From Poseidonia sp. (GTDB taxonomy: Archaea > Thermoplasmatota > Poseidoniia > Poseidoniales > Poseidoniaceae): a stretch of DNA of 58,110 nucleotides. The position numbers and the translations under genes are program-made. Shown piece after piece: positions 1-10,032 of this stretch. Position 1 is the stretch's first letter; each line of letters begins with the position of its first letter. A model generated the notes under the pieces. That model worked only from the letters and a program-made list of their open reading frames with translations. It ran no database searches and was not told the origin of the DNA. The DNA lies in the NCBI GenBank assembly GCA_049617635.1, contig JBMZJQ010000005.1:1-58110 (forward strand), written 5' to 3'.

Positions 1-63
1 AGAACCTTCATGTGCCCTCGTCAACTTCCTCAAACTCCAGCGTAAGCCATGGAGGGCACATGC

Positions 64-2706
64 ATGACCAAACGCGGAATGATGGACCAGTTCTTTGACA
101 TCAAAGAACAACATCCGGATACCGTGTTGTTCTTCCGAATGGGGGACTTCTACGAACTGTTCCACGAAGATGCAGAACTGGCAGCCGATGTCTTGGGGCT
201 TGCCCTCACATCGAGGGACAAAAACGCTGAGAAGCCCATTCCGATGGCCGGTTTCCCATGGCACGGTCTGGAAGAACACCTGCGCACGATGCTCAGGGCA
301 GGGTACAAAGTCACCGTGGCCGAGCAGGAAGAAGAACTGCGCGAGGGAGCAAAACTGCTGGAGCGGGTGGTGACGCGAGTTTACACTCCCGGGAGTCTGT
401 ACGAGGAAGGCTTGCTTGAAGGCGATGAACAATCGCTGCTCGCCGCCGTTGCGCTTTCCAGCGACAGCCTTGGACTGGCTGTCCTCGATGCCTCCACGGG
501 GAAGGCATGGGCGAGCACCCATGATGGTCCTGATCGCTTTGCAAAACTGCAAGATGACCTGCAACGGTGGCAGCCTCAGGAACTCGTGCTCTCGCCAAAG
601 GATGCAGAACACGAACAGATGGGGCCGTTGTTCCTCCACCTTCATGGGACGATGATCAGTCAGCACAACATCACCAACGCCAAGCGTGAGGAACGTCTCC
701 GCACCATGTTGGACGTCGCCGACTTGGGGCATCTTGATTTGGATCACGCACCCTTGGCGATATCTGCGACCGGCCTTGCAGCTGATTACGTCGCCACCGT
801 GCACATGCGAAGTGAAATCCCTCTCCAGGACGTTGAAGTTGTGGAAGAAAGCGGTCACCTCTTGCTTGACCAAACCACCCTAAGAAATCTTGAGTTAACA
901 AGCACCTTGGCCGGAGAATACGATGGTAGTTTGCTCTCAACACTGAACCGATGCCGGACCGCCATGGGCCGCCGCCTTCTCAAAACCTGGATCCTCCATC
1001 CGCTTGCCGAAGTTTCGGCCATTGAAACCAGACACAAAGCGGTCGGGACGCTGGCAAAATCAGCTCGACGCCTTGACGGGTTGAGAGAATCGCTCAAAGG
1101 CATCAGGGACATGGAACGGCTCGCCACGCAATTGGCCTATCAGCGAAGCAACGCACGGGATTTGGTCGCCACCGCCCATGCGCTTGAACGCATGCCTGCC
1201 CTGATTCGGTGGTGCCAAGACAGTCAAGACCCACTGCTCATCCTTCTCAGTCAAGAATTGGATGCCCTCCATGAGATGACGCAGATGATCCAAGGGACGC
1301 TGCAAGAAGCCCCGCCACTCGGGTTAAGGGATGGGGGTCTGCTCAAGGCAGGCGTGGATGATGAAGTGGACGAATTGCGAACCATCACGTCCGAAGGAAA
1401 AGCGTGGTTCTCAAACCTTGAACTGCAGTTGCGTGATTCGTTGTCCATCCCTTCGTTGAAGGTCAAGCACAACCGCCAGGTTGGTTGGTTCATCGAAGTC
1501 ACACAAACCCACCTCGACAAAGTCCCTGAAGAATGGCGACGTAAGCAACAACTGACCAATGGTTCTCGCTACGTGACCACAGAATTGTCCGAGCGTGACG
1601 ATTTGTTGTTGACGGCGGATTCAAAATTGAAGGAATTGGAATACAGGCGCTTTTTGGAACTTCGAACCTACTGTGCACAGCACGCCTCCACCCTCGCCGA
1701 CATTGCTCGACGAGTGGCCGCCATTGATGTTCTGCAGTGCTTTGCCTCGGTCAGCCGTGAGCGGCAATGGACCAAACCTGTCATGTCAACCACCTCCGCA
1801 CTGCATCTGACCGATGCGCGCCATCCCGTCCTTGAAACGCAGCAAGGGTATGTACCCAACGACGTCCTCATCAACCCGAAACGGTCGTTTTTGCTCATCA
1901 CCGGACCAAACATGGGTGGGAAATCCACGTATTTGCGAACCGTAGCCCTCACCACCATTTTGGCACAAGCAGGTTGTTTTGTTCCTGCAAAAACAGCCAA
2001 AATCGGTCTCGTTGATCGAATCTTCACCCGTGTTGGAGCCAGCGATGACCTGAAACGAGGCCGGTCCACCTTCATGATGGAAATGATTGAGGTCGCACAT
2101 ATTTTGAAGCGGGCCACGAAGGACTCGCTGGTTCTTCTCGATGAAATCGGTCGAGGAACATCGACGTTTGACGGTCTTTCCATCGCTTGGTCGGTGACCG
2201 AAGACATCTGTTCTCGCATTGGCTCACGCACGCTTTTCGCCACCCACTACCACCAGTTGATCGGTCTCGAGGGCGATGTGCCAGGATTGTGCAACGTCCA
2301 CGTTCAGGTAGCCCATGCCGAAGGTCAACTTCGCTTCTTGCACAAGGTGGCTGACGGACCTTGCGATGACTCATACGGCGTTCAAGTTGCTGCTCTCGCT
2401 GGACTGCCGCGAAACGTGGTTGAACGGGCCACGGACCTGCTTGCGTTCCTTGAGCAACAGGCAGGGGGTGCCAAAGCCGGTGAAGAGGGCACTCCACAAT
2501 CCCGAGAAGCAGGGCAAGCCAGCCTGATGGGCTACTTCGCTGCAGCGGCGCTGTCAACACAGGCTCAAGTGACCCAAGAGGTCATTCCCGCCCACATCGT
2601 GCAGTTGATGACCCATCTCTCGGAAACACAAGTGGACGAACTCTCACCCAGGCAGGCCCTCGATGTGTTGTACCAACTCAAGGCCATGCTGGAGGTGGAC
2701 CGGTGA
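64..2706 (+). CDS. mutS: DNA mismatch repair protein MutS (MutS1, bacterial type)
   Basis: Mismatch-binding motif FFRMGDFYELF, PMAGFP, Walker A TGPNMGGKST, STFMMEM, LLDEIGRGTST, FATHYH, SYGVQVA, and C-terminal LSPRQALDVLYQLK tetramerisation helix. The start may be 49 or 64. Confidence 0.97.
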   Translation: MTKRGMMDQFFDIKEQHPDTVLFFRMGDFYELFHEDAELAADVLGLALTSRDKNAEKPIPMAGFPWHGLEEHLRTMLRAGYKVTVAEQEEELREGAKLLERVVTRVYTPGSLYEEGLLEGDEQSLLAAVALSSDSLGLAVLDASTGKAWASTHDGPDRFAKLQDDLQRWQPQELVLSPKDAEHEQMGPLFLHLHGTMISQHNITNAKREERLRTMLDVADLGHLDLDHAPLAISATGLAADYVATVHMRSEIPLQDVEVVEESGHLLLDQTTLRNLELTSTLAGEYDGSLLSTLNRCRTAMGRRLLKTWILHPLAEVSAIETRHKAVGTLAKSARRLDGLRESLKGIRDMERLATQLAYQRSNARDLVATAHALERMPALIRWCQDSQDPLLILLSQELDALHEMTQMIQGTLQEAPPLGLRDGGLLKAGVDDEVDELRTITSEGKAWFSNLELQLRDSLSIPSLKVKHNRQVGWFIEVTQTHLDKVPEEWRRKQQLTNGSRYVTTELSERDDLLLTADSKLKELEYRRFLELRTYCAQHASTLADIARRVAAIDVLQCFASVSRERQWTKPVMSTTSALHLTDARHPVLETQQGYVPNDVLINPKRSFLLITGPNMGGKSTYLRTVALTTILAQAGCFVPAKTAKIGLVDRIFTRVGASDDLKRGRSTFMMEMIEVAHILKRATKDSLVLLDEIGRGTSTFDGLSIAWSVTEDICSRIGSRTLFATHYHQLIGLEGDVPGLCNVHVQVAHAEGQLRFLHKVADGPCDDSYGVQVAALAGLPRNVVERATDLLAFLEQQAGGAKAGEEGTPQSREAGQASLMGYFAAAALSTQAQVTQEVIPAHIVQLMTHLSETQVDELSPRQALDVLYQLKAMLEVDR

Positions 2707-4727
2707 AACCGCAACGCATCCAGCAACTGGATGATGCCACCATCGGCCACATCGCCGCAGGAGAGGTCGTTGAGCGGCCTGCTCAAGTCGTCAAGGAACT
2801 GGTCGAAAACAGCCTGGATGCCGGGGCCACCAACATATCGGTCATCATTGAGAACGGTGGTTTTGACCGGATGATCGTCGAAGACAACGGCGGAGGCATT
2901 GCAAAGGATGACCTCAGCTTGGCGCTAGACCGTCACGCAACCTCAAAACTCACCACGAAGGACGACCTGAACGCCATCGTGTCCTTGGGTTTCCGTGGTG
3001 AAGCGTTGGCCAGCATCGGCATGGTCTCAACCTTGACCATCGAAAGCCAGCCAAGGGGCGAAGAAGGCGCCCGTGTCTCAATGGAAAACGGCATCAAATC
3101 GGATGTTCAACCTGTCGGCATGCCCGATGGAACACGAATCTCCGTTGAGCATTTGTTCCAAAACACCCCCGCTCGATTGGCGTTCCAACGCCGACCCGAG
3201 ACGGAAACGGCTCGTATCGTGGACGTCGTGGTGGACCACGCCCTGGCTCATCCTCAATGTGGATTCCACCTCAAATCCGAAACACGAACCCTGCTCAATG
3301 TACCACCAACCGACGACATGATGGATCGCTTGTACGACTTGATGGGGGCACAGGCCACGGAACTCATCCCGCTTGAACACCCTCCAATCGACGAGGATGC
3401 CCCCGGTGAGGAACGATGGGACGGCTGGATCAGCACACCCGATATCACGCGTGGAAAGGGAGATGACATCCACATACTGATCAATCATCGCCCGGTTGCA
3501 CCCGGTCCATTTTTGCAAGCGATTCGTCGTGGTTACAAAACGCGTTTGATGCACGGAAGGCATCCGCTTGCGGTCATCAACCTCACCTGCCCTCCGGGCG
3601 AAGTGGACGTGAACGTCCATCCCACAAAACGGGAAGTCCGACTCAAACACTCTTGGCGGGTCCTGGAGCGACTGGAACGAGCGATTTCCCACACCCTTGA
3701 ATCCATCCCCACTGAGCCCGATGCCACCGGAGGCATCCCTGCACTGCAAGGCTTGGCGTCCGCTGACCGGGTTAAGTCGGTTGAAACTTACTTAACGCCT
3801 GAGGCCCCCTCGCCAAACGACCAACAAGAACGAGCGCTGACCAGTGCCGCAGGGCTCTCGGTTGCTCCTCCTCAGCCACCCGCTTCAACCGCACCAGCGC
3901 CACCTGCCTGGGCGGTGGCAGCCGGACGCCAATTGAACCTCGTGGGGACCGAGGCCGAACAGCCTGAAGCCCCATCCAAACCACGCCCTGTCTCTGCATC
4001 ACCGCTGGGTCAATCGGTGTTACCGAACCTTGAGCAGAACCCGGTCGCCTCCCACTTGTCGACCGCAGAACGTGCGCTTCACCGGCATGCAGGCGCAGCA
4101 CCGACCACGATGCCGTCACAAGAGGAACCCCTTGGTGGCGCCATCAACGACCTGCCCCCTATGGAACCTCTCGCTCAGTTTGCAGACTCCTACATTTTGG
4201 TTCAGGCTGAGGATGAATTGCTGCTCATCGACCAACACGCCCTTCACGAACGCGTCCGATATGAACGGCTTCGTCACAGCGGGCAGGCTTGGGAGCCGCA
4301 GCAACGCTTGACGCCGCTTGACTTGGCGTTGGACCCTCGGCAATCTGCGGTGGTTGATGCACACCATGAACGCCTGTCTGCTCTTGGTTTTTCATTGCAA
4401 AGGGAAGAAGGGGAGTGGAGCCTGCTTGCAGCACCACGATTGTTGAGCGGTGAAGAACTGAAACCCTTCTTTTTGGACCTGCTTCAAGACCTTGCAGAGG
4501 ACGGTGGCCCGCTGGAAACCATTGAGGCAAAAAAAGACCACATCGCCTTCATGAACGCCTGCCGGGGAGCGGTGAAGGCCAACGAATCGTTGTCCCTTCC
4601 CGAGATGAGGCGGCTTCTCGACGACATGCGCCGCATCCCCAATCCATGGGCCTGTGTCCACGGTCGGCCCACTTCACTGAGGATTCCAATCGACAGTTTG
4701 GACCATCATTTTGGCCGACACGGTTGA
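2703..4727 (+). CDS. mutL: DNA mismatch repair endonuclease MutL
   Basis: IAAGEVVERPAQVVKELVENSLDAGA, HATSK, LGFRGEALASI and DVNVHPTKREV motifs. C-terminal endonuclease motifs DQHALHERVRYE, ACR and CVHGRP. GTGA overlap with mutS. Confidence 0.97.
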   Translation: MKPQRIQQLDDATIGHIAAGEVVERPAQVVKELVENSLDAGATNISVIIENGGFDRMIVEDNGGGIAKDDLSLALDRHATSKLTTKDDLNAIVSLGFRGEALASIGMVSTLTIESQPRGEEGARVSMENGIKSDVQPVGMPDGTRISVEHLFQNTPARLAFQRRPETETARIVDVVVDHALAHPQCGFHLKSETRTLLNVPPTDDMMDRLYDLMGAQATELIPLEHPPIDEDAPGEERWDGWISTPDITRGKGDDIHILINHRPVAPGPFLQAIRRGYKTRLMHGRHPLAVINLTCPPGEVDVNVHPTKREVRLKHSWRVLERLERAISHTLESIPTEPDATGGIPALQGLASADRVKSVETYLTPEAPSPNDQQERALTSAAGLSVAPPQPPASTAPAPPAWAVAAGRQLNLVGTEAEQPEAPSKPRPVSASPLGQSVLPNLEQNPVASHLSTAERALHRHAGAAPTTMPSQEEPLGGAINDLPPMEPLAQFADSYILVQAEDELLLIDQHALHERVRYERLRHSGQAWEPQQRLTPLDLALDPRQSAVVDAHHERLSALGFSLQREEGEWSLLAAPRLLSGEELKPFFLDLLQDLAEDGGPLETIEAKKDHIAFMNACRGAVKANESLSLPEMRRLLDDMRRIPNPWACVHGRPTSLRIPIDSLDHHFGRHG

Positions 4728-4728
4728 T

Positions 4729-6147
4729 TCACCAAGGTTGATGCAGTCGAGCCTCAATCTCCACGCCACACGCCCTCAATCGCTCAACGGCGTCTGGATC
4801 GGCCACGGTGTGCAGGCTCGGCCCTTCCACCAGAACCTCTTCCTCGCAGGCTGCGGCAAGAATCAGGGCCGTCATTTGCATGCGGTGGTCGCTGTAGGTT
4901 TGGACGGGAGCGGTTGGCGTCGACAGGCGTTGGCCTCCCGGCACACGTAAACCATCTCCTTCAACATTGGATTCAAGACCAAATTGCTTCAGAAGGCTCA
5001 CCGTTCCTGTGAGCCTGTTGGTTTCTTTGTGGGCGGCGTGCGGCGCCCCGTGGATGAGTCCACCTGCCCCCAAAGCCAACGTGGCCGCAAGCGGCGTGAT
5101 CAAATCGTTGGCATCTCGCAGATCGATGTCGATGCGCTTGGCGTTCGGTGTTGGTTTGAGATGCGTGTCGGAGACGGTGATGCCCAACGAGGTCGCGATG
5201 TCAAACAACAGCTCGTGGCCCAAACTGTCCTCTGGCAGCGGCATCGCTTCAACCAACACCTCCGATTGCAGGGCTTGGACGGCGAGGAAGGCAAAACCCA
5301 GCATCGAACAGTCCCGTGGAACGATCACCTCGTTGGTGGGAAAGGTCGGCTGCCAAGGACGAAGGGCGCCTTCAGAAAGTGGACCTGAACCGGTCGCTTC
5401 GCACATCTCCATGGTCAACGCAGCGTGACGACGTGAAACAGGGTCGCCCTCGAAGTGGACCTCCAACGCCGAAGAAAAACCGGGAGCTGCCAAACACCAT
5501 GCTGTGGTGGGTTGACTGGATGAGCCCACGTCGAGATGAAGAGGAACGTCTGCGTTGATTGGCCCTTGAATCAGGAACGGCAAGCCTTCTGCATCCGTTC
5601 CTTTCGAGCAAGCAACGCGCAATTGTTCGAAGGATGAGAGCATCGCATTGTACGACCGTGAGCGAAGCGACGCATCGCCGTCCACCATCACCGGCGCATG
5701 GTGCAACGATACCAACGCCATGAGGATTCGCAGGCTCGTACCCGAGTTCCCTGCATGAAGAACGCTGATGGGAGGGTGCAGGCCGTTTGGGCCAACGCCG
5801 GTGACCTTCCATGAAGCCGTTCCGTTTGCGGGTTGATCGTCATCGTTGGTGGACACCGTAAGTGGTTGACCATCACGGTCAAGGTCGCTCACGCTGACGC
5901 CCATCTGGACCAAACAGCGACGCATGGAAATCACGTCTTGTCCGGCGTGTTCCATCCCTCGCAACACGACCTCTTGCTGGGATTGAGCGGCGAGGGTGAG
6001 CCATCGAATGGCGTGGCTCTTCGACGGCGGTAGGCTCCATTGCATCTTTTCTATAGAGGTCTTTCGGTGAATCGAAAGCACCGGAACAAGGCTCCCTTTG
6101 CCGCCATTGCGGTGAGGCGACCAGCGCTTGACCCAGGCCTTCCCCAT
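4729..6147 (-). CDS. aroA: 3-phosphoshikimate 1-carboxyvinyltransferase (EPSP synthase), divergent
   Basis: PPSKSHAIR, AGNSGTSLR, DGDASLRSR, SSSQ, HKETNRL and YSDHRMQM match the EPSP synthase motifs. Confidence 0.85.
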   Translation of the reverse strand: MGKAWVKRWSPHRNGGKGSLVPVLSIHRKTSIEKMQWSLPPSKSHAIRWLTLAAQSQQEVVLRGMEHAGQDVISMRRCLVQMGVSVSDLDRDGQPLTVSTNDDDQPANGTASWKVTGVGPNGLHPPISVLHAGNSGTSLRILMALVSLHHAPVMVDGDASLRSRSYNAMLSSFEQLRVACSKGTDAEGLPFLIQGPINADVPLHLDVGSSSQPTTAWCLAAPGFSSALEVHFEGDPVSRRHAALTMEMCEATGSGPLSEGALRPWQPTFPTNEVIVPRDCSMLGFAFLAVQALQSEVLVEAMPLPEDSLGHELLFDIATSLGITVSDTHLKPTPNAKRIDIDLRDANDLITPLAATLALGAGGLIHGAPHAAHKETNRLTGTVSLLKQFGLESNVEGDGLRVPGGQRLSTPTAPVQTYSDHRMQMTALILAAACEEEVLVEGPSLHTVADPDAVERLRACGVEIEARLHQPW

Positions 6148-6219
6148 GAACCAAGGTGGTGCATGGGTGTCATCAACCCTTGCTTACAAGTTCAAGAACC
6201 CGTGCGTGGTCCATCCGAC

Positions 6220-7227
6220 ATGACCCTCGTGGACCGCCGAATGCGTCCACTGAAAGACCTTCGAATCTCCGTAACCGACCGATGCAACTTCCGGTGTTCC
6301 TACTGCATGCCAAGGGAACATTTTGGAACCGACCATCCGTTCCTTCCAAGAGAAGACCTGCTCAGTTACGAAGAGATTGTCCTCGTGGTTCGCTCACTGC
6401 TACCTGTAGGACTGGAAAAGGTGCGTTTGACCGGCGGTGAGCCGCTGCTGCGCAACGATTTGGTGAACCTGATTCAAATGATCCGACAGGCGGCTCCGGA
6501 CATTGACCTGGCCATGACGACCAACGGTGCGTTGCTGGCAAAACATGCAACCTCACTCGTTGAAGCAGGGCTCGACCGCGTCACCGTGAGTTTGGATGCC
6601 ATCGAGCCAGAAGTGTTCGCCACCATGGCCGATACCGACCAGTTCACGCCTCAACACGTGGTGGAAGCCATCGATGCAGCGCTTCACGCAGGGTTGAAGG
6701 TCAAGGTCAACGCCGTGATTCGCAAAAATGTCAACGAAGATCAAATCCTTGCGTTGGCAGAGATGTGCACCCATCGAAGCGTACCGCTTCGGTTCGTTGA
6801 ATACATGGACGTAGGCAACACCAACGCTTGGAAACTGGACGAGATCGTCAGCGGCCGTGAGGTCCGAGCAACACTTGAGCAACGGTTCGGCCAGCTGTCT
6901 CCCGAAACTGGACAAAACATCCACGAAGTGGCCCGACGGCATACCACGCAAAACGGGGATGTTTTTGGATTCATCAACTCCGTCACGGAGCCCTTTTGCG
7001 GTGATTGTTCGAGAGCAAGGCTTTCGGCAAACGGTTCTGTGTACACCTGTTTGTTTGCCACCAACGGCCACGATGTACGGGGGCTGCTTCGAATGGGAGC
7101 CTCACTGGCCGATATTCAACAAGCCATCGCCAGCATTTGGTCCCAACGAACCGACCAGTATTCGGTTGAACGTGGCAAGAACAACACCGAGGCCTCCAAA
7201 GTGGAGATGTCCTTCATCGGTGGATGA
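6220..7227 (+). CDS. moaA: GTP 3',8-cyclase (molybdenum cofactor biosynthesis, radical SAM)
   Basis: LRISVTDRCNFRCSYCM, RLTGGEPLLR, second cluster FCGDCSRARL...TCLF, C-terminal MSFIGG. Start moved to ATG 6220 to avoid overlap with aroA. Confidence 0.95.
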   Translation: MTLVDRRMRPLKDLRISVTDRCNFRCSYCMPREHFGTDHPFLPREDLLSYEEIVLVVRSLLPVGLEKVRLTGGEPLLRNDLVNLIQMIRQAAPDIDLAMTTNGALLAKHATSLVEAGLDRVTVSLDAIEPEVFATMADTDQFTPQHVVEAIDAALHAGLKVKVNAVIRKNVNEDQILALAEMCTHRSVPLRFVEYMDVGNTNAWKLDEIVSGREVRATLEQRFGQLSPETGQNIHEVARRHTTQNGDVFGFINSVTEPFCGDCSRARLSANGSVYTCLFATNGHDVRGLLRMGASLADIQQAIASIWSQRTDQYSVERGKNNTEASKVEMSFIGG

Positions 7228-7229
7228 GG

Positions 7230-7721
7230 TCAACGCATCGCCGGAAGGGTCACATCGATGAGCAAGACGCCAACGGATTCCTCGACCAACTTGAAGCTCC
7301 ATGTGCCGTCGGTTGAACCAATCGTTTGCGAATCGATCACGAAGTAATCACCCTGGGTCACCGAATAGCCCACATCCCGGTCGTGGAACGAAACGTTGGA
7401 CCCGATAACCCCGTAGACGTTGGAATCAGAAACATGCCCTGCAATCGGCAAGGACGATGTCAGGTTGGCCGGCTGCACGGTGTATTCCAAGCGAGCAGGG
7501 TCGATGGATTGGTCGAGGCTGGTGATGCGAACCACGTGGAAACCGTTGTCCAGTGCACGGACGGACACGGTGGCCTGAGGTGCAGATTTCTCAACGGTGG
7601 TCAAGGCGCCCTGCATCAACACGAACACCATGCTCGAAAGCATCACGGTGATGGCCAAGAGAAGCACGGTGGCAATCACGGGGCTCACAGCCTCGTCGTT
7701 GCGCCGAAGCGTGCCTCGCAT
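7230..7721 (-). CDS. Archaeal type IV pilin-like protein (class III signal peptide)
   Basis: Short charged leader RRNDEA followed by VSPVIATVLLLAITVMLSSMVFV, the archaeal pilin N-terminal signature, then a beta-rich domain. Confidence 0.88.
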   Translation of the reverse strand: MRGTLRRNDEAVSPVIATVLLLAITVMLSSMVFVLMQGALTTVEKSAPQATVSVRALDNGFHVVRITSLDQSIDPARLEYTVQPANLTSSLPIAGHVSDSNVYGVIGSNVSFHDRDVGYSVTQGDYFVIDSQTIGSTDGTWSFKLVEESVGVLLIDVTLPAMR

Positions 7722-7744
7722 GGGAGCACGACACGGTCAAATCA

Positions 7745-7750
7745 CTTGAA
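7745..7750 (-). promoter_or_regulatory. Candidate TATA-like box (TTCAAG) for the pilin gene
   Basis: TTCAAG on the minus strand about 23 nt upstream of ATG 7721, with no SD. The spacing fits an archaeal leaderless or short-leader transcript. Confidence 0.4.
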
Positions 7751-7812
7751 CCAACCGATGCGAGACGGTTCATTGCACGCCTTTGGAACCAATCAAGTGG
7801 TCGGCGGCCTCA

Positions 7813-8964
7813 TCAGAGCACCCACAACGGGCGGTCGCATTCCATGGCTCGTTTGATGCCTCCGATAGGGCCAAGGCAACGCAGGATGAGTTCGGTCATG
7901 ACATCGCCTCGCATGAACGCATACCCCATGTTTTTGCTACGCAGGGAATTTCGCAACGCCGGACCCATGGAGGCACGAACCCTTGCCTCATACGAGGAAA
8001 GCGGCGTTCCATCCTCCATGTGTTGAAGAATCGATTCGGCTGCAAAGCACCCCGAGATGATGGCTTGACTGATGCCGCCGCCGTTGCTGGGCATGACCAA
8101 ACCTGCCGCATCGCCCACGGCCAGCGTGGTCCCATCAACCATGGTTTTGACGGGACCTCCCATCGGAATCCAACCACCGCCAATCGATAGGATCTCGAGA
8201 TTCAAGTCCTTGCAAAATTGCTCGAGATGGCCTTTGAGGGAGCCTTTCAATTTGCCAGCACGGACACCCAATCCAACATTGGCAAATCCTTTGCCTTTGG
8301 GGATGATCCATGCGTATCCCGAAGGGGCCACCGACCCGAGAAAGACGTCGAAGGTCTCCGGGACCTCTCCTTTGACTTGAGCGTAGACGGTCGGCACCTG
8401 GTCGTCGGGGCGATAAGCGGGGTCTTGGCCGTGGCGTAACCGTCCGATGTGAGCCAAACTACCGGAGGCATCGATGAGGTAGTCGCAGGTGTACCTTCCG
8501 TCGCTGGTCACCAACAATTCTCGGTTGGCCTTGCGTTGTTGTTGAAGTCGCTTCAGCGGCGTGGAGGTGCGGATTTCGGCCCCTGCCCGAACCGCTTTGT
8601 CAGCGAGGTATCCATCGAATTGCAAACGATGACCTGCAAAAGCATCCAGTTCAAAGTCGAACGATTTTCCCGATGGCAAGAAGACGCGCATGTTGTCAAG
8701 ACGATGCAGTATCAACCGTTCTGGGAAATCAAAGTAGGTCTTCAACCACGTGTGGTTCTCGAGGTTTCGGAACGTGCCAACCACCTCCCCCCAGTTGGGA
8801 ATGCATTCGCCGCATTGTGCAGGGTTGCCCACGATGTTGCGCCGTTCAAGCACCAGCACGTCCACGCCAGATTCAGCAAGACGCTGTGCTGCAGCACTGC
8901 CGGCAGGACCGGCCCCGACGATGATGACGGTGCGATGTTCAATCGGTTTGCTTGCCACCTGCAA
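7813..8964 (-). CDS. Geranylgeranyl reductase family FAD-dependent oxidoreductase
   Basis: IIVGAGPAGS dinucleotide-binding motif, QCGE, APSGYAWIIPK (PxxYxWxxP), VGDAAGLVMPSNGGGI. Confidence 0.9.
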   Translation of the reverse strand: MQVASKPIEHRTVIIVGAGPAGSAAAQRLAESGVDVLVLERRNIVGNPAQCGECIPNWGEVVGTFRNLENHTWLKTYFDFPERLILHRLDNMRVFLPSGKSFDFELDAFAGHRLQFDGYLADKAVRAGAEIRTSTPLKRLQQQRKANRELLVTSDGRYTCDYLIDASGSLAHIGRLRHGQDPAYRPDDQVPTVYAQVKGEVPETFDVFLGSVAPSGYAWIIPKGKGFANVGLGVRAGKLKGSLKGHLEQFCKDLNLEILSIGGGWIPMGGPVKTMVDGTTLAVGDAAGLVMPSNGGGISQAIISGCFAAESILQHMEDGTPLSSYEARVRASMGPALRNSLRSKNMGYAFMRGDVMTELILRCLGPIGGIKRAMECDRPLWVL

Positions 8965-8967
8965 CCC

Positions 8968-9951
8968 TCATGTGTGTCGTTCTTTGACAAAATCGGTGAT
9001 GTGAAGCATCATCCGTTTCGCTTCGCTTTCAGGGAAGGTCTCGAGCGCTGCTTGTGCGCGTTCAAGATGGGTTCTCACGAGAATTTCGGCATACTCCATG
9101 CTGTTTGACCGGTCAAGGAGGGCCATCAACTCATCAAAGTCATCGTCGCAGAACGCTTCGATCAATTCCGACAAGCGCTCGCGGTGACGGCCGTGTGACA
9201 AGGTAAGAGCGTGAATCAAGGGCAGCGTCATCTTTCCTTCGTACACATCGGCGCCTCTCGGTTTACCCATACGCTCATCACCCCTCAGGTCGAGTAAATC
9301 GTCCACGAGTTGGAACGCAATCCCCAACTCCATGCCGAAGGTTTCGAGGGTGCGGGCCTGGTCGTCTGGAAGCCCAGCGACCAAACCTGCGCTGTAGCAA
9401 CCAGCGGCAAACGGTCCGGCGGTTTTTCCACGAACGATGGAAAGGTAATCCTCTGGTGAAGTCGCCAGATTCAGCACGTGGTCGAGCTGGTGGAATTCAG
9501 AGACGGCAATGTTGGCACAACAACGAGCGATGACGGTGACGATTTGTTCGCTGTAACGTCCTCCGAGCCCAAAGCCCTGTACGAAGAGCCAGTCCCCGGC
9601 GATCACGGCTTTGGCCTGACCTGCTTGGGCATGGATGGTTGGAATGCCTCGTCGGTGTTGCGCCTCGTCGTTGATGTCGTCGTGAACCAAGGTGGCCGTG
9701 TGAATCAATTCAAACGCCAAGGCCAAGGGCATGACGTCGTCTTGTTGGGTGCCGCCAGCCAATCGATAGGCGAGAAGAAAGAGGATTGGACGAAGGCGTT
9801 TACCACCGGCATTCAGAACGCGCCCGGCCTCGAGGGCCACTTCGCCTGCTCCCAGCGCCACCTCGTCTTCAATCAACTGCGCCAAGGCCTCGTTGACCTC
9901 GTCGCGCATGGATTGGAGCGCCAGATTCAGCCCCTCGACATCGCTCTGCAC
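8968..9951 (-). CDS. Trans-polyprenyl diphosphate synthase (probably medium/long chain)
   Basis: GGKRLRP, first aspartate-rich motif HTATLVHDDIND...RRG, GKT, second motif FQLVDDLLD, GKP..D..EGKMT. Confidence 0.93.
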   Translation of the reverse strand: MQSDVEGLNLALQSMRDEVNEALAQLIEDEVALGAGEVALEAGRVLNAGGKRLRPILFLLAYRLAGGTQQDDVMPLALAFELIHTATLVHDDINDEAQHRRGIPTIHAQAGQAKAVIAGDWLFVQGFGLGGRYSEQIVTVIARCCANIAVSEFHQLDHVLNLATSPEDYLSIVRGKTAGPFAAGCYSAGLVAGLPDDQARTLETFGMELGIAFQLVDDLLDLRGDERMGKPRGADVYEGKMTLPLIHALTLSHGRHRERLSELIEAFCDDDFDELMALLDRSNSMEYAEILVRTHLERAQAALETFPESEAKRMMLHITDFVKERHT

Positions 9952-10032
9952 ACCCCTCCCACAACGGTGGGCTTCTTAACCGGTCGTCCACGCCCTTAAC
10001 CCGTGGGGGACGACCCTCACCGAGGTGAATGG

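Noticed and set aside
3900-3923. Shared PxWA motif in the MutL linker (PPAWAVAA) and the Hel308 insertion (IPVWASSA)
   Set aside because: The motif is too short to distinguish from chance without orthologue alignments.
6040-6219. Head-to-head coding overlap of aroA and moaA (similar cases at 24851-24966, 28555-28736 and 42295-42402)
   Set aside because: These are artefacts of longest-ORF calling, and downstream ATGs remove the overlaps.
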